A DNA stretch of 64,000 nucleotides. Origin: an uncultured Gemmatimonadaceae bacterium (GTDB lineage Bacteria > Gemmatimonadota > Gemmatimonadetes > Gemmatimonadales > Gemmatimonadaceae). Below are positions 57,393 to 64,000 of this stretch, piece by piece. Location: positions 32,001-96,000 of the forward strand of contig CAWAGQ010000009.1 of the NCBI GenBank assembly GCA_963781585.1. The letters are read 5' to 3'. Under the pieces are notes generated by a model. The model was not told the origin of the DNA. It did not search any database and saw only the letters and a program-made list of their open reading frames with translations. The translations under genes and the position numbers were made by a program. Position 1 is the stretch's first letter. Each line of letters begins with the position of its first letter.

Positions 57393-58444
57393 CGCGCGGC
57401 ACCACCGCGCACGCGGCGATGTTTGCGCCGCAATCGGAAGACGAGCTCGAAGATCTGCTTTCCCGGCCCACCGCCGGCGTGATCGACGCGCTGCGCGCAT
57501 GCCCTGGCGACGTGATCGTCCTGGGAGCGGGCGGCAAGATGGGACCGACGCTGGCCCGCATGGTGCGGCGGGCCGCGACCACGCTGGGCGACGGCCGTCG
57601 GGTCTTCGCGGCGTCGCGATTCTCGTCCGATCGCGCCCACGCGCAACTCGAGGCGTGGCGCGTCGAGTCCCTGCGCGTCGACCTCACCGACCAGGCGGCG
57701 CTGCGCGCCCTGCCCGACGTGCCTAACGTGATTTGCATGGCCGGGCAGAAGTTCGGCACCCGCGAGCTCCCTTCCCTCACCTGGGTCACCAACACGGTCG
57801 TCCCGGCGCTGGTGGCCGAGCGGTATCGCGAGGCGCGGATCGTGACGTTCTCCACCGGCAACGTCTATCCGCTGACTCCGGCGTCAGGCAGCGGGTCGCG
57901 CGAAACGGACGCACTCGGCCCGCTGGGCGAGTACGCCTGGTCGTGCGTGGGGCGCGAGCGGGTGCTGGAGCAGGCGTCGCGCGCGCGCGGGACCGCGATG
58001 GCGATCGTGCGGTTGAACTACGCGGTCGATCTGCGCTATGGGGTGCTGGTGGATCTCGCCCGCCGCGTCGCGGCCGGGGAACCGGTCGATCTCCGGATGG
58101 GCGCAGTGAACGTGATCTGGCAGGGGGACGCGACCGCGCAGGCGATTCAGTGTCTGCCGCACGCGGCGGTGCCCCCGTTCGTGGTAAACGTCACGGGTCC
58201 GGAGCGTCTGTCGGTGCGCGCACTGGCGCTCGAGCTGGGGCGTCACGTCGGTCGGGAGCCGGTGTTCTCCGGGAGCGAGGAAGCCGATGCACTGCTGAGC
58301 GACACCCGGCTCGCGCAATCGCTGTTCGGCCGGCCGGCGGTCTCGGCGGAGACGCTGGTGGCGTGGACCGCGGAGTGGCTGCGGGCGGGGCATCCCACGT
58401 CAGGCAGGGCCACGCATTTCGAGGAACGCGAGGGCACCTTCTGA
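57389..58444 (+). CDS. NAD-dependent epimerase/dehydratase family protein
   Basis: VLGAGGKMG, MAGQKFG, FSTGNVY and RLNYA; ATGA overlap. Confidence 0.88.
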   Translation: MTRGTTAHAAMFAPQSEDELEDLLSRPTAGVIDALRACPGDVIVLGAGGKMGPTLARMVRRAATTLGDGRRVFAASRFSSDRAHAQLEAWRVESLRVDLTDQAALRALPDVPNVICMAGQKFGTRELPSLTWVTNTVVPALVAERYREARIVTFSTGNVYPLTPASGSGSRETDALGPLGEYAWSCVGRERVLEQASRARGTAMAIVRLNYAVDLRYGVLVDLARRVAAGEPVDLRMGAVNVIWQGDATAQAIQCLPHAAVPPFVVNVTGPERLSVRALALELGRHVGREPVFSGSEEADALLSDTRLAQSLFGRPAVSAETLVAWTAEWLRAGHPTSGRATHFEEREGTF

Positions 58445-59484
58445 ACGTCCGTCGCCACCTGCTCACCGGCACGGTCATCCCGGCGCACCCGCTGGCCCTC
58501 ACGCCGCGCCGGACGCTCGACGAGCGCCGGCAGCAGGCCCTCACGCGGTACTACCTGGACGCCGGCGCCGGCGGCCTCGCGGTCGCCGTGCACACCACCC
58601 AGTTCGCCATTCGGGGACCGCGCGTCGGGCTGCTGCGACCGGTTCTGTCGCTGGCGGCCGACACGGCGCGGAGCTGGCGCGATCCCGCGCGTCCGGTTGC
58701 CCTGGTGGCCGGCATCTGCGGCGACACGAAACAGGCGGTGATGGAGGCCTCGCTGGCCGCGTCGCTCGGCTACCACGCGGGGCTGGTGAGCCTCGCGGCA
58801 CTGGGTGACGCCAGCGACGACCGGCTGCTCCGGCACTGCCGCGCCGTGGCCGACGTCCTGCCGCTGTTCGGCTTCTACCTGCAGCCGGCCGTGGGCGGAC
58901 GGGCGTTAGGCTACCGCTTCTGGCGGGAGCTGGCCGAACTCGCCGGATTGATCGCCGTGAAAATCGCGCCGTTCAGCCGCTACGCCACGCTCGACGTGGT
59001 GCGCGCCATGGCCGATGCCGGCCGGGACGACGTGGCGCTCTACACCGGCAACGACGACTCGATCATCCTCGACCTGCTCACGTCCTTTCCGTTCGGCGCC
59101 GGCGGCCGCGTTGGCGAGCGGCGGATCGTAGGCGGACTGCTCGGACAGTGGGCAGTGTGGACGCACCGGGCCGTGGAACTCCTTGCCGAAACGCGACGCG
59201 CGTCGTCAAGGGCGCAGATGGGCCGGCGCTGGCTGGCGCGCGCCGCCGCGCTGACTGATGCCAACGGTGCGATCTTCGATGCGTCGAACGGCTTCGCCGG
59301 CTCCATCCCCGGCATCCACGAGGTCCTGCGCCGACAGGGACTGCTGCGCGGCACGTGGTGCCTCGATCCCCGGGAACGGATGTCGCCGGGTCAGTCTCGC
59401 GAGATCGACCGGGTGCTGCGGAGCTATCCGGAGCTCACGGACGACGAATTCGTGGCCGGGAATCTGGATCGGTGGATGGCGTAG
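58441..59484 (+). CDS. Dihydrodipicolinate synthase (class I aldolase) family protein; probable CTG start
   Basis: VIPAHPLAL, GGLAVAVHTTQF, FYLQP, VKIAPF and LYTGNDD. Confidence 0.85.
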   Translation: MNVRRHLLTGTVIPAHPLALTPRRTLDERRQQALTRYYLDAGAGGLAVAVHTTQFAIRGPRVGLLRPVLSLAADTARSWRDPARPVALVAGICGDTKQAVMEASLAASLGYHAGLVSLAALGDASDDRLLRHCRAVADVLPLFGFYLQPAVGGRALGYRFWRELAELAGLIAVKIAPFSRYATLDVVRAMADAGRDDVALYTGNDDSIILDLLTSFPFGAGGRVGERRIVGGLLGQWAVWTHRAVELLAETRRASSRAQMGRRWLARAAALTDANGAIFDASNGFAGSIPGIHEVLRRQGLLRGTWCLDPRERMSPGQSREIDRVLRSYPELTDDEFVAGNLDRWMA

Positions 59485-59612
59485 GTATCCGGTGAGTCCA
59501 GGGTCCAGAGGGCTGCATGCCCGAACCCGGGAATTCCGGCAGCTCGATCTCGGTGCAATCGATTGACTCGGCGCGCATTCGAATGGTACTTCAGATGGAC
59601 GCTTCCGGAGCT

Positions 59613-59993
59613 ATGATGACGGACGAAATGGGAATCCTCCGCGTGGATGTGACAATCGAGAACCAGCTGCGACCGGGCGAGAGCCGGGTTCTCCGCGGAG
59701 TCATGGTCGATACCGGGGCGGAACTATCCTGGGCTCCAGCCGATGTCCTGGAGGCGCTTGGCATCGCTCGCGTGAAACGCATCGCATTCCAGCAGGCGGA
59801 CGGGACCGTCCTCGACCGGTGGGTTGGCTTCGCCGTGCTGCACGCCGAGGGGGCCGTCACCGTTGACGAGATCGTCTTTGGCGCGCCTGACGACCTGGTG
59901 CTGCTCGGCGCACGCACGTTGGAAGGGATGAACCTGAAGATCGACCTCACCGCAAAGCGGTTGGTGGCCGGCGGACCCATGATGGCCGCCTAA
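59613..59993 (+). CDS. Small retropepsin-like (clan AA) aspartyl protease
   Basis: MVDTGAELSW and LLGARTLE motifs. Confidence 0.8.
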   Translation: MMTDEMGILRVDVTIENQLRPGESRVLRGVMVDTGAELSWAPADVLEALGIARVKRIAFQQADGTVLDRWVGFAVLHAEGAVTVDEIVFGAPDDLVLLGARTLEGMNLKIDLTAKRLVAGGPMMAA

Positions 59994-60787
59994 CGCCGCG
60001 GCGCCACCCAGTGCTTCGCGGTCGTCCAGGTCGCTGGTGAGAAGAGCCCCGTATCGATCGCCACATCGACCTTCCAGTCCGCATACTGCTCCGCCTGACG
60101 ACGCACGCCGTTGACGGACATCGCGATCTGCGTCGCCAGCCATCCCTTCCCAACGGCCACGTATCCGTCGAGGTGAATGTCCATCGGCGGGGTGGTGGGA
60201 GACGGCTGGAGGATCATCCGTACTACGACGTCGCGTTGCGCGTCGATCCAGATCTGTGGCGAGGTCGTGTCCGTCGCGGTCGCGACACCGATGATCCATA
60301 CGCGGCGGCCCCGCCACGTTCCCGGCGTCACCCGGCTCATGTCTACTCCAGTAGGTGTCAGCTCGCGCACCGTCTCGTCCACCGGCTGCAGATACACGCC
60401 CTCGATGAGCGGGAGGAACTCGTTGCCGCCCGCGCGCGACGTGGCCAGCTTCCCGTCGCGCACCCGATAGGTCGAATCAGCGCTGAAGAGCACGCCATTG
60501 CCGAGTGACGGCTCGCCGATGTCGATCCGGAGCCAGGTGCCATGGTCGGGCGTGTGGCGGAGGGTCTCGTACCAAGTCTCGACAGTGTCAGTGCCATTTG
60601 GCTGGCGCAGCGTGGTCGTCTGCCGGAAGATGAGTGTGCGGTACCACTGCCCCTGATAGGCATCGTGCATGCGCTGCAGCACCTCGGCGCCGGAACGCGG
60701 TACATCCGCCTGGGCGTCGAGGCGTGCGGCCACGATGGAGAGGCCGGCAACCCAGATCGCGGCGATACGTCGAGACGGGAGATGCAT
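59990..60787 (-). CDS. Secreted hypothetical protein (possible LolA-like beta-rich fold)
   Basis: Signal peptide MHLPSRR...LDAQA; WYRTLIFRQ.T, ETWYE, LRID and IWID. Confidence 0.7.
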   Translation of the reverse strand: MHLPSRRIAAIWVAGLSIVAARLDAQADVPRSGAEVLQRMHDAYQGQWYRTLIFRQTTTLRQPNGTDTVETWYETLRHTPDHGTWLRIDIGEPSLGNGVLFSADSTYRVRDGKLATSRAGGNEFLPLIEGVYLQPVDETVRELTPTGVDMSRVTPGTWRGRRVWIIGVATATDTTSPQIWIDAQRDVVVRMILQPSPTTPPMDIHLDGYVAVGKGWLATQIAMSVNGVRRQAEQYADWKVDVAIDTGLFSPATWTTAKHWVAPRR

Positions 60788-61223
60788 GGTCGATAGTCCG
60801 TCGGTGGGAGAAACGAGTCGCGTGTCAGGGACGAACACCGCGGCACGAGGTCGGCCCGGAGACGGGAGAAGAGTCGTTGCGCGGACGGAGCGCGCGCCAG
60901 ACCCAGGCACATCACCGATGCTCTGGTCGGCTGCTGTGGGAGATCCGGCCGCCGGCCTTCCGCACCACGGCGACGGAGAGTAGTTCCTCCAGGCCGTATT
61001 CGCCACCATGTGGCCCGGCGGTCCCGACGGGCTTGGCTGACGTCGTGGCAGACGCGTCGGGCATTGGCGCAACGCCCGATCGCGACCCGACTACGCATCA
61101 TCCCCGGCCAGTCGCAAGTCGTACCACATTGAACGATTCGACCCCCGCAATTGTCCACATAGTACGAACATTTCGCTTCCCGTTTCCCGTCGCCCCGCAC
61201 TCCTCCCGTCCCCTCGCGCCATC

Positions 61224-63674
61224 ATGGACACGCTCCTGAAGGACCTGCGCTACGGGCTGCGCCGGGTGCGCAAGAGCCCTGGTTTCTCCACCATCGTCGT
61301 GCTCACGCTGGCGCTCGGCATCGGCGCCAACACGGCGATCTTCACCGTGGTCAACACGGTGCTGCTCCGTCCGTTTCCCTACCGGAACCCGGAGAGGCTC
61401 GTCACCATCGATCACTTCTATCCGTCGCTGAACAATCTCGAGGCGGGGGCATCGGCCCCCGGATTCCGCGACCTGCGCGACAAGGGAGAGATTTTCGACG
61501 GCGTGTTCGTGGAGTCGGGATGGGGGCCGGCGCTGACCGGGATGGGGGAGGCGCGCCGCCTGACCGGTGTCCGCGTCTCGGCGCAGTACTTCAGCACGCT
61601 GGGGGTGAGTCCGGCGCGGGGTCGAGCGCTTCTCCCCGAAGAGGACCAGCCCGGTCACAACAAGTTCGTGGTGATCTCGAACGGGCTCTGGCAGCGCGAG
61701 TTCGGCGGGGATGCGAGCACCGTAGGCCGCTCGATACTCCTCGACAACGAACAGTACCAGATCGTGGGCGTGATGCCGCCGGGGTTTCAGGATTTCTTCC
61801 GTCCCAACAGCGAGATCTGGTCGCCCATCGCACTGCCACCGGCGGCGTTCTCGGACGACCGCCGCACCAACGAGAACATGTCGCTGATCGCGCGGCTCAA
61901 ACCGGGCGTGAGTATCGAGCAGGCACACGCGCGCATGACGGCGTTCGCCGACCAGCTCAAGCAGCAATACCCGAACAATTACGGGCGCACCTGGACCCTC
62001 AAGGTGGCCACGCTCACCGAGAAGAAGAGTGGGCGCATCAAGCCGGCGCTGCTGGTGCTGCTCGGAGCGGTTGGCTTTGTGCTCCTCATTGCCTGCGCCA
62101 ACGTCGCCAATCTGCTGCTGGCGCGGGCGGCCGCGCGTCTCAAGGAGGTCGCGATCCGGTCGGCGTTAGGCGCGAGCCGCCGCGTCCTGGTACGCCAGTT
62201 GCTGGTGGAGAGCCTGCTGCTGGCCCTGATCGGCGGAACGTTGGGCGTGGGGCTGGCGTGGGCCGGAGTGAAGGGTGTGGTGGCGCTTCAGCCGGCCAAC
62301 GTGCCGCGCGTCGACCAGCTCGGCCTGGACGGCACGGTGCTCGGCTTCGCGCTCCTGGTCACGCTGGTGACAGGCCTGCTCTTCGGGATGGTCCCGGCGT
62401 TGCAGACGTCGCGCGGGAACCTGCAGGAGACGCTCAAGGAAGGCGGACGGACGTCGTCGGCCGACCGGAGCGGCCATCGGCTGCGGCAGGCACTGGTGGT
62501 GGCCGAGATGGCGCTGGCGCTGACGCTGCTGGCGGGAGCTGGACTGCTGGTGAAGAGCTTTGCACGCCTGGCCGGCGTGAATCCCGGATTCGATCCCGAT
62601 CGCCTGCTGACCTTCAACGTGGGGCTGGCCGCGGCGAAGTACCCGAGCGACACAGCGCAGCGGGGATTCTGGAATGCCGCTCTGCCGCGGATCGCCGCGG
62701 TGCCCGGGGTGCAGGGCGTCGCGGTCACGTCGACGCTCCCGTTCAGCGGGAACTGGTCCACCGGTAGCTTCTCGGTGGAAGGGTATCAGCCGGCCAAGGG
62801 CCAGCCGGGTCCGTGGGGCGACTTGCGCGTCGTCAATGCCGATTTCTTCAAGGCGATGCGAGTTCCCCTGCTCAAGGGCCGCGCGTTCGACCCCGGCGAC
62901 GACGAGCGTGCACCGGTGCGGGCGATCGTCGACGAGGAAGCGGTCCGGCGGTTCTGGCCCGACGTCGATCCGATCGGCAAGCGGATCACCTTCGGCAACG
63001 CCGAGGATACCAGCGCCCATTGGATCACGGTGGTGGGGGTGGTGGGTCATACCAAGCACGAGGGACTCGACGCCGAGAACCGGTTGCAGGTCTACTTCCC
63101 GATGGCGCAGGCCGCGTCGCTCGGGGCCGGCACGCGCTTCATGTCGTTGGCCGTGCGCACCACCGGCGATCCGCTGCGCGCGCTTCCTGCCGTGTCGGCC
63201 GCGATTCACGAGATCGACCGGGATGTGCCGGTATCGAACACGTCGTCGATGGACGACCTGATCGCGAATTCGATGGGTCAGCGGCGGTTTGCGATGCTCC
63301 TGCTGGTGCTTTTTTCGGCGCTCGCGCTCACGCTGGCCTCGATCGGGATCTACGGCGTGATGTCGTTCTCGGTCACCCAGCGCGCGCACGAGCTCGGCGT
63401 TCGCATGACCCTGGGGGCCACCCGCCGCGACGTGCTCGCGCTCGTTATGCGGAACGGGATGATCCTGGCCCTGCTGGGGGTGGCGATCGGCATCGCCGGG
63501 GCGATCGCGATGCGGCGGGTGATCGCCAACCAGTTGTTCGCGGTGCGGCCGGACGATCCGGCCACGCTGGTGGTGGTGGCGGTCACGCTGATGGTGGTGG
63601 CCGCGGCCGCGATCTTCATCCCCGCGTTACGGGCAACGCGGGTGGATCCGGTGGTGGCGTTGCGGGAGGAATAG
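61224..63674 (+). CDS. ADOP-type duplicated MacB/FtsX ABC permease
   Basis: DLRYGLR..KSPGF...LALGIGANTAIF, LLIACANVANLLLAR, GIYGVMSF.V.QR..ELGVR and RATRVDPVVALR. Confidence 0.93.
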   Translation: MDTLLKDLRYGLRRVRKSPGFSTIVVLTLALGIGANTAIFTVVNTVLLRPFPYRNPERLVTIDHFYPSLNNLEAGASAPGFRDLRDKGEIFDGVFVESGWGPALTGMGEARRLTGVRVSAQYFSTLGVSPARGRALLPEEDQPGHNKFVVISNGLWQREFGGDASTVGRSILLDNEQYQIVGVMPPGFQDFFRPNSEIWSPIALPPAAFSDDRRTNENMSLIARLKPGVSIEQAHARMTAFADQLKQQYPNNYGRTWTLKVATLTEKKSGRIKPALLVLLGAVGFVLLIACANVANLLLARAAARLKEVAIRSALGASRRVLVRQLLVESLLLALIGGTLGVGLAWAGVKGVVALQPANVPRVDQLGLDGTVLGFALLVTLVTGLLFGMVPALQTSRGNLQETLKEGGRTSSADRSGHRLRQALVVAEMALALTLLAGAGLLVKSFARLAGVNPGFDPDRLLTFNVGLAAAKYPSDTAQRGFWNAALPRIAAVPGVQGVAVTSTLPFSGNWSTGSFSVEGYQPAKGQPGPWGDLRVVNADFFKAMRVPLLKGRAFDPGDDERAPVRAIVDEEAVRRFWPDVDPIGKRITFGNAEDTSAHWITVVGVVGHTKHEGLDAENRLQVYFPMAQAASLGAGTRFMSLAVRTTGDPLRALPAVSAAIHEIDRDVPVSNTSSMDDLIANSMGQRRFAMLLLVLFSALALTLASIGIYGVMSFSVTQRAHELGVRMTLGATRRDVLALVMRNGMILALLGVAIGIAGAIAMRRVIANQLFAVRPDDPATLVVVAVTLMVVAAAAIFIPALRATRVDPVVALREE

Positions 63675-63703
63675 CGGGCGGGCGATCGCACGCCGGGGGC
63701 ACC

Positions 63704-63734
63704 TTGACGTAGTCTCATATGAGACACATATTGT
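63704..63734 (+). promoter_or_regulatory. Promoter with a 14-bp palindromic operator upstream of the antitoxin
   Basis: TTGACG 63704-63709; GTCTCATATGAGAC 63712-63725; CATATT 63727-63732. Confidence 0.65.
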
Positions 63735-63740
63735 ATCCAT

Positions 63741-64000
63741 ATGAAACGCTCCCCCGTATCGGTCAGACCGGACCAGGTGGCCCGCATCCTGGGAGGCGAA
63801 CGCGTCCTCGGCCGACGCATCCGCACCCTCGAACAACTGCGGCGCGCTGTGGAAGCGGGACTCCCGGTCGCCGCGTTGTCTCGCGTGGCTGAGCACGTCG
63901 CCAGCTACGACGTCGATGCTGCAACCGTCAAGTACCGCATCGTGCCCAAGGCGACGCTGCACCGCCGGGACACCCGGCTGACCCTCGAAGAGAGCGAACG
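63741..64000 (+). CDS. Xre/MbcA/ParS-type antitoxin (DUF2384-like), truncated by the window end
   Basis: Hand translation MKRSPVSVRPDQVARILGG...RAVEAGLP...IVPKATLHRR..RLTLEESE; open to the window edge. Confidence 0.75.
   Translation, partial: MKRSPVSVRPDQVARILGGERVLGRRIRTLEQLRRAVEAGLPVAALSRVAEHVASYDVDAATVKYRIVPKATLHRRDTRLTLEESE

Noticed and set aside
7282..62171. CGTTAGGC as a Chi/KOPS-type polar motif or as integron attC cores
   Set aside because: Copies lie on both strands (11 versus 7) with no switch point, and most sit singly inside conserved coding sequence without a partner arm.

Overview
High-GC (about two-thirds GC by eye) bacterial chromosomal segment. Its gene content (ADOP-type duplicated MacB permease, Big_2 Ig-like lipoprotein, exported PIG-L protein, many beta-barrels) suggests Gemmatimonadota; this is an inference. 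It is densely packed with about 55 mostly housekeeping and envelope genes: a two-component pair, a TsdA-type diheme cytochrome divergent from an exported rhodanese, a fluoride-riboswitch operon (unknown gene-crcB-DUF190), nadBAC, a nucleoside-type ABC importer, sucA, two sodium:solute symporters, msrPQ, a TetR-TolC-HlyD-ABC efflux operon, sufE/CDGSH and the start of an Xre/MbcA-type antitoxin. No rRNA, tRNA, CRISPR array, integrase or transposase was recognised. The strongest unexplained signal is a non-palindromic octamer, CGTTAGGC (CGTTAGGY). I counted 21 copies by eye on both strands and in several reading frames, and in most copies it supplies a rare TTA codon inside a conserved gene, as expected of a DNA-level selected motif (uptake-sequence or HIP-like). 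Other notable items are degenerate 7-bp-periodic intergenic arrays, paired 28-bp operators upstream of a CGNR zinc-finger gene, an unlisted 40-aa membrane protein, and a 781-aa membrane-anchored zincin-like protein.
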